Shown here in pieces: positions 38,509-47,411 of a DNA stretch of 64,000 nucleotides. How positions within the stretch are numbered: position 1 is the first letter of the stretch; every line of letters starts with the position of its first letter. The translations under genes and the position numbers were made by a program. Origin of the DNA: a virus (taxonomy: Duplodnaviria > Heunggongvirae > Uroviricota > Caudoviricetes); the IMG/VR virus record IMGVR_UViG_3300048090_000069, positions 25,652 through 89,651 of that record. One strand, 5' to 3'. Below the pieces are notes generated by a model. It ran no database searches and was not told the origin of the DNA. It worked only from the letters and a program-made list of their open reading frames with translations.

Positions 38509-38924
38509 GTTTCCTCCATGTAAAATTTATGTAAACCAATTGTGCGACGATGTTTAAACTTCTTATTCCACTCAGGATGTTTGTCCAACCTATGAAAATG
38601 AGAACATCCTCTACAGACAGGAGACATTCTAAACAACTCTTCCCATCCTGTCAAGCTCTTTGTTTCAATAATCTTCTGCCATGTGAAGCCAGAGAATTGC
38701 TTAGGCTGTAGAGCCACAACAGGGCAACTCTTGTTTGTACGTTTCATCCTCTCTAGAACTACGTCCATCACTGCACGCTTCCCTGCTAAGGACTCCCCTG
38801 AAGCCTCATGCTCTACGACAGCTTTCAAACAAACAGTGTCAGAGACAGCGAAGCTCCTAGAGGGATTGTCTACGTTGATACAAACAAAGAGTAGAAGAAG
38901 GCTCCAGAGCCATTTCAAGGCCAC
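38505..38924 (-). CDS. secreted SleB-like cell-wall hydrolase (Hydrolase_2 family)
   Basis: N-terminal signal peptide. The body carries EASGESLAGKRAVMDVVLERM...PKQFSGF, matching the SleB/CwlJ-type hydrolase motif. Confidence 0.5.
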   Translation of the reverse strand: MALKWLWSLLLLFVCINVDNPSRSFAVSDTVCLKAVVEHEASGESLAGKRAVMDVVLERMKRTNKSCPVVALQPKQFSGFTWQKIIETKSLTGWEELFRMSPVCRGCSHFHRLDKHPEWNKKFKHRRTIGLHKFYMEET

Positions 38925-40540
38925 AGGCGCTTACGAATCTTTTCTAGAGAGTCTTCTACAACCAGCTTACCATCTTCAAACACTGTTCGCAGTAATCCTT
39001 GTTTCTCTTCTTCAGGAGTTTGCTCATCGTACAGGACAAACCTCCCATCTTCATATTCTACACGGAGCAAACCTTTAGCAGATTTCTTCATGCCATCACC
39101 CGTTTTAGGGTCTTTGAAAATGTTACGTGGCTCTCCATTGACAATGCCGTAAGTGGCTTTCATAGCAAAGCCGTAGCTGTCACGAGTGACATGCTGATAG
39201 GTGTAGGAGCCAATGCCAAATACAATGTTAGAAGAGGCAAAGCCTTTAGCTTCCAGACGCTTCAGAATTTGCTGAGCACGTTCCAGAGTGATGCTGTCTC
39301 CGTAAATCAGACCAACACGAGGATTCAACATTTTGTGTCCTGTCTCGGACAGAGTACCACCAAAGATGTCCCAAAGGCATTCTACAGAGCCTTTTACTTC
39401 GTGCTCTGACACTTCCCGGCCTAGTTCAATGTCCATCAGACAATTACAAGAATCCCCACAGAAACTGTAATCAAATTCGTAATACTTGCCGTCTTTGACC
39501 GCTACATCAGTGGAATAGATATTGTCCTCGCAAACATCGTCAATATCTGTCACACGAAGTCCAGCAACAATTTTTACAGGATCACCACTATCAGGACGGA
39601 ACACCACCTTAGCATTACCCAGAGCATCAGGCTTACGTGCAAGGATGATGTCTTTCAGTTGTGCAGCAGTGTTTGTAATGACATTCCAGTAGTCCCAAGT
39701 GTCCGAAACAATACTAACAATACCGGACGGATATAGGTCAGTGATGAGACGCTTAATTGTAGCGTATTCACCTTCATCTGCCCCGCCCATGCACATTACA
39801 GAATGCTCCGTAGCTGGAACAGACCCACCAACAAACGTTTCACTGCCCTTGTAGTACTTTTCCAGATATTCAATGGCAGAAATAGTGTCAGTGCCAAGGA
39901 AAGACAGTAAGTGACCCGGAGCACTTTGAGCACCATCGAAGCTCCCAGACAAACCACGAAGCGAGAAATCATGACCTTGCCACAGAATAAACTCCTTAGG
40001 CGCACCTGTCTTTTCTGCATAATCCGTCAGCAGCTTACGATATTGGTAAGCAGTGGTTGCAGTGGTCGTAGGCTTCCACAGGTTGTTGCTGTACGCATCT
40101 TCCAGATAACCAACCAGCCAGCCAAAGCCGATCACCGTATTAGTGACAGTGAGTACAGGTACTTTAATATCTACCAAACTACCTTCAGGCAAAGCTTTGA
40201 TGCGCAGCGGCAGATAGCCCAAATCATGCAGGGCCGCAATGTGCGAGACATCAACAGCATCAGGGCCAAGGCACTTATCCATCATGGCTTTGTATTCACC
40301 TACAGCTTGTTCCTTTGGAACATTGAAGAATTGTTCATTGAACAAATCAATCAGGAAGTATTTGATAAAGCCTTGCAGGCCAAAGAATACAATCTTCTCG
40401 TCAAACGTATCTTTCAGCTTTGGTGCAAGCCGAGAGGAACGGGCAGTGAAATTAGAATAGACGTATTCCGTACCTTCTGGATACATCTTAACGTGTCCCG
40501 TCTTGTACATATCAGCAGCAAACAGCGGATTCAGTTTCAT
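38915..40540 (-). CDS. nadV: nicotinamide phosphoribosyltransferase family protein (Nampt/NadV homolog; could be the Namat-type nicotinamide ADP-ribose transferase)
   Basis: 541 aa with clear Nampt-family similarity along its length (MKLNPLFAADMYKTGH..., GTDT, C-terminal region). It is adjacent to a Prs-like gene. Confidence 0.85.
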   Translation of the reverse strand: MKLNPLFAADMYKTGHVKMYPEGTEYVYSNFTARSSRLAPKLKDTFDEKIVFFGLQGFIKYFLIDLFNEQFFNVPKEQAVGEYKAMMDKCLGPDAVDVSHIAALHDLGYLPLRIKALPEGSLVDIKVPVLTVTNTVIGFGWLVGYLEDAYSNNLWKPTTTATTAYQYRKLLTDYAEKTGAPKEFILWQGHDFSLRGLSGSFDGAQSAPGHLLSFLGTDTISAIEYLEKYYKGSETFVGGSVPATEHSVMCMGGADEGEYATIKRLITDLYPSGIVSIVSDTWDYWNVITNTAAQLKDIILARKPDALGNAKVVFRPDSGDPVKIVAGLRVTDIDDVCEDNIYSTDVAVKDGKYYEFDYSFCGDSCNCLMDIELGREVSEHEVKGSVECLWDIFGGTLSETGHKMLNPRVGLIYGDSITLERAQQILKRLEAKGFASSNIVFGIGSYTYQHVTRDSYGFAMKATYGIVNGEPRNIFKDPKTGDGMKKSAKGLLRVEYEDGRFVLYDEQTPEEEKQGLLRTVFEDGKLVVEDSLEKIRKRLWP

Positions 40541-40543
40541 TGT

Positions 40544-41368
40544 TTAAATTTCCTTAATTTTATTGTGAGAGCCAAACATATTGTTTACAACATAGATATT
40601 GTCATACACATCAGCAACAATGTCAACACCTTTAGTAAAAATACCATGTGTCACCATGATGTTGATAGTGCCGTGATAGTGCATCTGAAGCTCGTCAGCC
40701 AGCGGAATGAACGTGCCGCCACCATCTAGAATATCATCTACGACAAGAACATTTTTGTCTTCAAATTGCCCAATATCATTGTACACAACAGTGCCAGTGA
40801 TTTTCCCCGTCTTGACATCTCGTGTCTTGTCAGCCCTCATCACTTCCACTTCGGGAATATACGTAGAGACAAACTGAGCATACTTCTGAATCTTCTTCAA
40901 TGCCCCAGCATCAGGACTTACAATCACAGTGGCCTTGCAATCTTGCATAGCTTTCAACACTTTTTGTTCCACAGAGCAAATATGAATGTTGTACAACAGA
41001 GCACCTAAAACATCACTGTGAGGGTCTGTGACAAACACCCTATCAAAATTCATGCTGTTAATGAAATTACAAATAACTTTCAAACTATGACTCTCTCCAG
41101 CATTACAAACCCTATCTTGGCGAGCATATGGGAAATAATCAATCGTCAGATTTACAGGAATCTTCGGATAGTTTCTCCGCACAGCATCATTCAGCAGAGC
41201 AAGTTCAATCAAATCCTCATTACCTTGCCACTTCAATGTAATATGTGCTTGAGGGTGTTGTGAATTATATCCCAAAGCCATATCAGTTAGCTTAATACCG
41301 GTTTCTCCTGCTGGAAAATTCCATCTATTAATTGTTACAGGATGGCGGTCTACATATAAACTAAGCAT
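40544..41368 (-). CDS. prs: ribose-phosphate pyrophosphokinase family protein (Prs homolog; could be Adps-type ADPR pyrophosphokinase)
   Basis: YARQDR motif and PRPP-binding loop VVDDILDGGGT are present. At 274 aa it is shorter than canonical Prs. Confidence 0.85.
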   Translation of the reverse strand: MLSLYVDRHPVTINRWNFPAGETGIKLTDMALGYNSQHPQAHITLKWQGNEDLIELALLNDAVRRNYPKIPVNLTIDYFPYARQDRVCNAGESHSLKVICNFINSMNFDRVFVTDPHSDVLGALLYNIHICSVEQKVLKAMQDCKATVIVSPDAGALKKIQKYAQFVSTYIPEVEVMRADKTRDVKTGKITGTVVYNDIGQFEDKNVLVVDDILDGGGTFIPLADELQMHYHGTINIMVTHGIFTKGVDIVADVYDNIYVVNNMFGSHNKIKEI

Positions 41369-41582
41369 TATTTTCTTCCTTTTTATCTACACATTTCCAA
41401 ATATTCACTTGTTCTCTCTCATGTTTTTTCTGAAGCTTCTCTCTTTCTTTCCTCCATTGTTCAATGGCGTATGAAATATCCTCTTCAGCTTCTTCTTTAG
41501 TGTAATGGCGATGTTCTTTCATGCTGTTACGTGCGTCAATAGATTCTTCGTCGTACATTTTTTGTTCTCCCACATTTCGCAC
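41361..41582 (-). CDS. hypothetical protein
   Basis: 73-aa charged ORF. Confidence 0.4.
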   Translation of the reverse strand: MRNVGEQKMYDEESIDARNSMKEHRHYTKEEAEEDISYAIEQWRKEREKLQKKHEREQVNIWKCVDKKEENNA

Positions 41583-41782
41583 ATGCCGTGCTCACGATCA
41601 CTTACCGTGATGCTATCCATATCAGGGATAAAACAACCCCAACCAATAATATTCATGATAGAACCTTTGAACAACTCGATTCTGTTCCAAGGATGTTGAT
41701 TCAGAGGTTTCTGCCATGTACAGTTACAACAGCAAGAGCCTTGCCAACTTCCGGGTTGTGTGCATTCATTTTCCATTTGCAC
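41519..41782 (-). CDS. hypothetical Cys/Trp-rich protein
   Basis: 87-aa ORF. The start is uncertain. Confidence 0.3.
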   Translation of the reverse strand: MQMENECTQPGSWQGSCCCNCTWQKPLNQHPWNRIELFKGSIMNIIGWGCFIPDMDSITVSDREHGMCEMWENKKCTTKNLLTHVTA

Positions 41783-41952
41783 TCTCCATCAATTTCAAAG
41801 CATCCTCAATAAGTCCAATCGTAAAAACAGCACTTGGGATTTCAGCATGAAGAAGTTTTGTAAGCCAAAGAATTTCCTTCTTAGCTGCGCGCAAGGAATA
41901 CAAAACAGTTTCTTCCTCTGTCATCCCTGAGCCGAATATAGCAACACATTGT

Positions 41953-42291
41953 TCATTGTCCATAGGGAAAATCTCCGTTCATCTGTTCTTCTGCTAACGT
42001 TTTAATAATGTCATCATTCTTCTCAAACAACATTAGAACTTTGTTTGTCGCCCAATTTCTTAGTGTTACAGGGAGGTGGCTCATCTTAAGCATCCATGGT
42101 TGTGCAAACCACCATTGATCATTCTTCCCTAATTTTACTACAAAATAGCCTTCATGCCCAAACGATCCACTCCAATGCAAACTCTTGACAATTACCACTT
42201 CACAATCACGCAGTTCATCGATAATTTTAACATCATTAATCACCCTGCAAACCGTCCCTTGCACAAACCCATTCTCTCCATATCGCGCCAT
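41953..42291 (-). CDS. hypothetical protein
   Basis: 112-aa ORF. Confidence 0.45.
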   Translation of the reverse strand: MARYGENGFVQGTVCRVINDVKIIDELRDCEVVIVKSLHWSGSFGHEGYFVVKLGKNDQWWFAQPWMLKMSHLPVTLRNWATNKVLMLFEKNDDIIKTLAEEQMNGDFPYGQ

Positions 42292-42397
42292 CTTCCCTCC
42301 TCTTTAGACTTCATACAAAGAACATTGTACAACACATTTCTACAAAGCACAAGCACAAAAAGAAAAAGGCTCCCGAAGGAGCCTAAAAGCATGCTTT

Positions 42398-43930
42398 TTA
42401 TGTTATTTGTAGAAGTGTTGTTGGCAAACCTACAATCAAACTGACAAGTTCTGCGTCTAACCCTGAGAGGGCAGCGCTCTTGTATACAGCATCATGCACT
42501 GTAGAAGTGTATTGCTTACTCCTAGAACCTAGTGTATGATTTTGGCTGTTCAGAGACAAGCCAGAGTAAACGTTAAACTGCTCCTTAGTCCATGCTACAG
42601 GGCCAGTGGTTGCATTTTTGACTTTGTACCCTGTACCAGAGAACATATTGTTCATACAGATAACGTTGTTCAAAAGTGCTGCTGTAGAGGTAGTTTGGAT
42701 AGCTGCATCTGTTATACCGATGAATACATTGTTGAAAACCTTGTTGTCACAAGCGCCTGCTGTATCTCCTAAGAAGAATCCTGTTTTCATTGTGACAAAC
42801 TGATTGCCGTATATGTAATTGTTTGTGCATTTGCCAAGAATCATGACACCACAACCACTATTGAATACACCAGCCTTACCTACAATATTGCTAATTTTGT
42901 TTCTACGTACAATTGTGTTCTTTGTTCCAATATCTAATAGAATTCCGTTAGCATCAATTGTACTTGTGTAAAATGTATCTCCTACATTGTCTTGAATGAT
43001 ATACCTACCGTAGAAGCTATCCACGAAACCTGTCGGCCCTTGTATATTGGAAGCATAATTATCGGAAATGATGTTGTCACCGAATGTTGTATAGCTGTAT
43101 GACAGAGCAAAACCCCAAACACCGATACAACCGCCAAAGATGTCTGTTGGTGATTCAAGTCCATTAAGGAACTTATTCCCTTTGATTTGGCACCCTTGCG
43201 CTTGGTAGGCTTGACCTGTTGTACCGGGGCAGGTAAGTTCGATAGCACATCCCCTATAGTTATTGAAGGTATTATAATTAATCTTAATATCTGCCATATA
43301 CGCGGCAGAATTACTATCAGTTTGTGTGCGGAACTCAATAACAGAACGATTAGCAGCATTCGTGAATGTATTCCCCTCAATGGTACACCGAAGCATGCTA
43401 GAGTTAGCAGCACTTTGAACCCACCATCTCAAAGCTGCATGATTTGTAGAGCCTCCTGCTGTCGTGTTGAAAGTGTTTCCACGAATCTCAATGTCAGAAT
43501 GTGTATCACCAGAAGCAGAGAAGCGGATAGCAGATGTACCACCGGGAGTATCAAAGATGTTGCCAATGTAACGAGAACCCCAAGCAGCACCGTTGTGTGT
43601 AACAGCGGCAAGGGATTGGAAAAACATAATATTTGTACCAGTTCTTCCATTTGTTAGAGTGTTAGTAAGTGTAGGTGAAAATACGATACTACCAACAGAC
43701 GGGGCGTAGTCACCACGAATTGTGCAAGGTGTTGTTACACTTCCTCCGTGTGCTCCTACAGAGATACCTGCTGCATAGGTGTGTACTCCGCAAACATAGA
43801 GGTCATCCCCACCTTTAACGCCAGAGGCTCCCCATACAATCTCACTCCATCCACCCCATGCATTAGCGTAAGAAGTTCCGTTCCTTGTGCCTGAATGACT
43901 TGTATCAGGTCTTACATACCACGTAGCCAT
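42398..43930 (-). CDS. right-handed beta-helix (pectate-lyase fold) protein, tailspike/depolymerase-like
   Basis: About 510 aa. The N-terminus (MATWYVRPDTSHSGTRNGTSYANAWGGW) is typical of pectate-lyase-fold enzymes. Many N-x-F/I-x-G-N repeat rungs follow. A GAGGA RBS lies 8 nt before the second ATG. Confidence 0.6.
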   Translation of the reverse strand: MATWYVRPDTSHSGTRNGTSYANAWGGWSEIVWGASGVKGGDDLYVCGVHTYAAGISVGAHGGSVTTPCTIRGDYAPSVGSIVFSPTLTNTLTNGRTGTNIMFFQSLAAVTHNGAAWGSRYIGNIFDTPGGTSAIRFSASGDTHSDIEIRGNTFNTTAGGSTNHAALRWWVQSAANSSMLRCTIEGNTFTNAANRSVIEFRTQTDSNSAAYMADIKINYNTFNNYRGCAIELTCPGTTGQAYQAQGCQIKGNKFLNGLESPTDIFGGCIGVWGFALSYSYTTFGDNIISDNYASNIQGPTGFVDSFYGRYIIQDNVGDTFYTSTIDANGILLDIGTKNTIVRRNKISNIVGKAGVFNSGCGVMILGKCTNNYIYGNQFVTMKTGFFLGDTAGACDNKVFNNVFIGITDAAIQTTSTAALLNNVICMNNMFSGTGYKVKNATTGPVAWTKEQFNVYSGLSLNSQNHTLGSRSKQYTSTVHDAVYKSAALSGLDAELVSLIVGLPTTLLQIT

Positions 43931-43974
43931 TGTAAAAATCCTCATAAACGTTTATAGAAAGTGCTTGACAAGTG

Positions 43975-44003
43975 ATCAGCTTATCTGTAGAATCATAGCA
44001 TTC
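43975..44003 (+). promoter_or_regulatory. sigma70-type early promoter (TTGACA-17-TAGAAT) in divergent region
   Basis: GTGCTTGACAAGTGATC...TAGAAT with a 17-nt spacer, 40 nt upstream of the first plus-strand early gene. Confidence 0.6.
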
Positions 44004-44042
44004 GCAATACAATCAGTCAAAATTTACAAACAGGAGGATATT

Positions 44043-44435
44043 ATGAAAGTAAAGTGTATTAACAATGGCGATTATGAGAAATACCTCACAGTAGACAAAG
44101 TGTATGATGTAACGCCACGAGACGGCTTTTATTCATTTGTTGGAGATAATGGCACAAAAGATTGCGAAGCTTTTCAATGGCGCTTTGAAACAGTAAAAGA
44201 GGAAGAAACAAAACCACAAAACAAATACAATCGTGAAATTCGTCCGAACGTCTGGTGTGATGTTTACGATGTAATCCGTGCATTTTCTGTAAACGATCCA
44301 TGCTTGCAGCATGCAATTAAGAAGCTACTGGCAGCAGGAGAACGGGGACACAAAGATCGTCTAGAGGATTTGCAAGATATTGTTGACAGTGTGCAACGCG
44401 CTATTGAGATGCACAAAGAGTGGAGTGAGCAATGA
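44043..44435 (+). CDS. hypothetical early protein
   Basis: AGGAGG RBS. First gene of the plus-strand early block. Confidence 0.5.
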   Translation: MKVKCINNGDYEKYLTVDKVYDVTPRDGFYSFVGDNGTKDCEAFQWRFETVKEEETKPQNKYNREIRPNVWCDVYDVIRAFSVNDPCLQHAIKKLLAAGERGHKDRLEDLQDIVDSVQRAIEMHKEWSEQ

Positions 44436-44701
44436 GTTATTTTCTAAATGAATATGGTGATATTCTACCCTTCCATCAGATTCTTAGGGTAGGAGGGATT
44501 GGAAAAGGTGTTAGAATTTACTTTGTAAATGGTTGTGCAGATTTGGACGAAAATGATGCAAGAGAATTTAAAAAGGCATATTTGAAATGGCTTGTAGATT
44601 CTGAATTTCAAAATAACAAAATGTACAAAACTTGTGCAGAAATTTATAAGATTCTTGTAGAGTGCCAATCTTTCGGAAACCCTACTGAACAGACGGAATA
44701 A
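44432..44701 (+). CDS. hypothetical protein
   Basis: 89-aa ORF with ATGA overlap. Confidence 0.45.
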   Translation: MSYFLNEYGDILPFHQILRVGGIGKGVRIYFVNGCADLDENDAREFKKAYLKWLVDSEFQNNKMYKTCAEIYKILVECQSFGNPTEQTE

Positions 44702-45018
44702 CCCCCTTGTCTGTAGGAAATAAAACAGACAAAGCTTGCGCTAGAGTATGTTATACACAGTTTGTTTCTTCAAATAACTATTGTTATTGTTGTTTGGAAA
44801 TATATCTTATGCACTTGCTTTTTGTTTGTTGTTTTGGGGAATGTTGTTCTTGTGAACTGTCGCGGAAATAACATTGATTTATGGAAACTTTTTGTAGACG
44901 CTTGCGCGGGGTGATGTTGCAGACACGTATATTGTGACACAACCTTGTGCTATACGCAAATTAAATATTGAGGATTGCATAACTGAAGTTACGCTGTATC
45001 TAATGAAAGTGAGAAGAA

Positions 45019-45291
45019 ATGACATGTGAAAAATGCGGAAGCTCAGGGCTTCACGCTTGCCCCTCTCAGGGAGACATGCCCTTAGATAGATATGTGAAAA
45101 GTTTACCTCTCCCAAGCTACGAAACACTCAACAGTGAAAGTGTCAATGTCCCACAAGGATTGTCTAAGGAAGAAACTAGAGAATTCATCCTAGCTGTTGC
45201 CAAAAAAGAGACAGACAAAGATAATTGTCCAAAGTGCCACAAGCCGTGGCTATATCATGAATTCGGGGTTCCTGCTCCCTTCTGTCCATAA
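45019..45291 (+). CDS. zinc-ribbon protein
   Basis: CxxC...CPKC arrangement. A terminator follows. Confidence 0.45.
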   Translation: MTCEKCGSSGLHACPSQGDMPLDRYVKSLPLPSYETLNSESVNVPQGLSKEETREFILAVAKKETDKDNCPKCHKPWLYHEFGVPAPFCP

Positions 45292-45304
45292 CGCTCTATA
45301 TAGA

Positions 45305-45330
45305 GGCTCCTTCGGGAGCCTTTTTCTTTT
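45305..45330 (+). terminator. intrinsic terminator
   Basis: GGCTCC-TTCG-GGAGCC hairpin followed by a T-tract. Confidence 0.7.
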
Positions 45331-45406
45331 GCCCTCACTTTGTTTCCTCCTGTCATTGTTTTGCACACATTCTTTCTTGAAAGTCAATACACTTTGCAAA
45401 ATTTTC

Positions 45407-45435
45407 TTGACACATCAATCGTGTGTACTTATAGT
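45407..45435 (+). promoter_or_regulatory. sigma70-type promoter (TTGACA-17-TATAGT)
   Basis: Consensus -35 element with 17-nt spacer, located upstream of the gene at 45511. Confidence 0.5.
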
Positions 45436-45510
45436 GAACACATGCACAACGTATTGATGTGCAAGCCTGTTAAAAAACTCAACTTTGTACAACTGCTAAG
45501 GAGAATTAAA

Positions 45511-46068
45511 ATGAACGCTCAAAACACCATCATGAAAGCTATCCCTTCTGTGATTGCTCGCTTCATTCCTGCCACTGGCAAGCCTAGCGTTTTCTTGGCT
45601 GATGAGATTCCGGGTAACACTGCCCGTATGTTCACGGACGGCGTACTGAAAGAAGTGCCGATTGAGTTTTACAAAGACACTCTGCCACTGAACGAATCGG
45701 ACACTCACATTGCTGTCGAAGAATACAAGAAGTTTGCTGGAGTGGAAATGGTAAATATCCGTCAGCGTATGCCTTACACAAAGCTTAAATCACTCGCCTC
45801 TCGCCTTTCCGTAACCCCTGAAGCCATGCACAAGATTGTTGAAGAGGTTCCGAAGGAACAGAAAGAAGTGCTGAATCACATGGCTGAAAAGGAGGCTTTG
45901 ATTACCCCTCGTCAACGGGCTGCTCGGGAACGCTACGCCCGAGAGAACGCTGTTAGTGTTATGAAGCATATCAAAGAATTGCCTGAGAATGCAAGTCAAG
46001 CTGACAAGGAAAAAGCTGTGGAGGATTTGGGTAAAGCCATGGCTCGGGTTATTGCGGGGTTGCTGTAA
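45511..46068 (+). CDS. hypothetical protein
   Basis: RBS AAGGAGAAT. 185 aa. Confidence 0.5.
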   Translation: MNAQNTIMKAIPSVIARFIPATGKPSVFLADEIPGNTARMFTDGVLKEVPIEFYKDTLPLNESDTHIAVEEYKKFAGVEMVNIRQRMPYTKLKSLASRLSVTPEAMHKIVEEVPKEQKEVLNHMAEKEALITPRQRAARERYARENAVSVMKHIKELPENASQADKEKAVEDLGKAMARVIAGLL

Positions 46069-46084
46069 GGACGTAGTTAGGAAA

Positions 46085-46110
46085 GGCTCTCTTCGGAGGG
46101 CCATTCTTTT
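46085..46110 (+). terminator. intrinsic terminator
   Basis: GGCTCTC-TTCG-GAGGGCC hairpin followed by a T-rich tract. Confidence 0.65.
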
Positions 46111-46111
46111 G

Positions 46112-46141
46112 TTGACACCTTGTTTGTTCATATTGTAGAAT
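46112..46141 (+). promoter_or_regulatory. sigma70-type promoter (TTGACA-18-TG-TAGAAT)
   Basis: Consensus -35 element and an extended -10 element. Confidence 0.5.
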
Positions 46142-46335
46142 GAAGATATTGAACAAACAAGAGGAGAATAGATGTACAGATTAGTGCAACAAATGGAGGA
46201 TGGTTTTGCAACACCTTTAAGCATCGACGGCCTACGAATCGTTTGCTCAGACATCAACCACCCTGATACAATAGAATGGTTACAACAAGTGCAAGAAAAG
46301 AACATTGGAATAACTATCTTTTGGGAGCTAATAAC

Positions 46336-46707
46336 ATGAAATCCATGAAAGCCATTATTGCAATTGCTGCTGTTACATCCCTTTCTGCTTGTGCTGTGCA
46401 AGCCCCCCGCCCCATAGTGGACATGCAAGGCGTGTCTCCAGAGGTATATGCAAGAGATTATCAGGATTGTCAGGCTTATGCAGCACAAGGGGGTGACGAG
46501 GGGCAATCCGCCCTCAACTCTGGCATTGCTGGTGGTATTGCTGGTGCAGCAACAGGGGCAATCTTTGGTAATCGTCACGATGCTGGCAAGTTGGGTTTGT
46601 TCACGATGCTTCTGTCTGCCGGGGAGGGTGCTGCCAAGGCTGCACAACATAAGCGTCAGATTCTCTTTCGTTGCCTTGAAGGGCGGGGATATAGGACTTT
46701 AGGATAA
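46336..46707 (+). CDS. glycine-zipper lipoprotein
   Basis: Signal peptide with lipobox (LSAC) and a GxxxGxxxG glycine-zipper segment (GIAGGIAGAATGAIFG). Confidence 0.5.
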   Translation: MKSMKAIIAIAAVTSLSACAVQAPRPIVDMQGVSPEVYARDYQDCQAYAAQGGDEGQSALNSGIAGGIAGAATGAIFGNRHDAGKLGLFTMLLSAGEGAAKAAQHKRQILFRCLEGRGYRTLG

Positions 46708-46716
46708 GGGTATTCA

Positions 46717-46935
46717 ATGACTTGTATCAGATTTAACGGAGGAATCCTTTGCGTGAGTCCATTTTATCGCCTTCGGCTTGAGGATGGTACGTGTGTGTTC
46801 ATGGATTGGCACCACTACTGCGGCCCTACGTTCTTCCGTGACAAGTGGGAACGTAGGGTGATTGACAATTGGTGGGAAAATGAGCTAATCTGTAAGGCAC
46901 TAAACTGGTTCCAAAACAGGGGAAATAAAGCATGA
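46717..46935 (+). CDS. hypothetical Cys-rich protein
   Basis: 72-aa ORF. Confidence 0.35.
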   Translation: MTCIRFNGGILCVSPFYRLRLEDGTCVFMDWHHYCGPTFFRDKWERRVIDNWWENELICKALNWFQNRGNKA

Positions 46936-47126
46936 GTGCAATTACAACAAGCTTGAAAAAGCAACTCCGTCACACGGAAGACCTCATTAAAAACTTTGAA
47001 CGCATGTGCGATCAATTCCCTAACAGTGCTGAATACAAGCGCACTTTGATGGAATTGCAAGGGGATAGGGTAGCTATTATTGATAAAATGCTTCTGCAAG
47101 CGAAGCAGAATAAGGGGGAAAAGTGA
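46932..47126 (+). CDS. hypothetical protein
   Basis: 64-aa ORF with ATGA overlap. Confidence 0.4.
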   Translation: MSAITTSLKKQLRHTEDLIKNFERMCDQFPNSAEYKRTLMELQGDRVAIIDKMLLQAKQNKGEK

Positions 47127-47350
47127 AATATTATAAAGGTGATTTAGTAGTAAATGAACAGCGTTTTGGTGACGTTTGGACATCACGCATCGATACAATC
47201 TCCGAACATGGTCATGTGTGGAATGGACGTATTCAGATTTATGGAGAGTCACAAGAGGAAGTGGAAAAGCTTCGTGATGAGTTTTTGAACCTTCGTCAAC
47301 AACTGGAAGCAGCTAACAAGCTCATTGCACACAAAGCAAAAACAGAGTAG
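47123..47350 (+). CDS. hypothetical protein
   Basis: 75-aa ORF with overlap to its neighbour. Confidence 0.4.
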   Translation: MKYYKGDLVVNEQRFGDVWTSRIDTISEHGHVWNGRIQIYGESQEEVEKLRDEFLNLRQQLEAANKLIAHKAKTE

Positions 47351-47411
47351 AATTCATCTCACTGTAACAATTTACGAAGTAAAACAATCCCTCTAAAACA
47401 GGAGCTATACA

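Noticed and set aside
39911-40729. 272-aa plus-strand ORF antisense to the Nampt-like gene
   Set aside because: The Nampt homolog on the minus strand is unambiguous.
45790-46650. 286-aa minus-strand ORF spanning several plus-strand early genes and their terminator and promoter
   Set aside because: It crosses a terminator and a promoter and has a Cys-rich junk composition. The plus-strand genes have RBSs.
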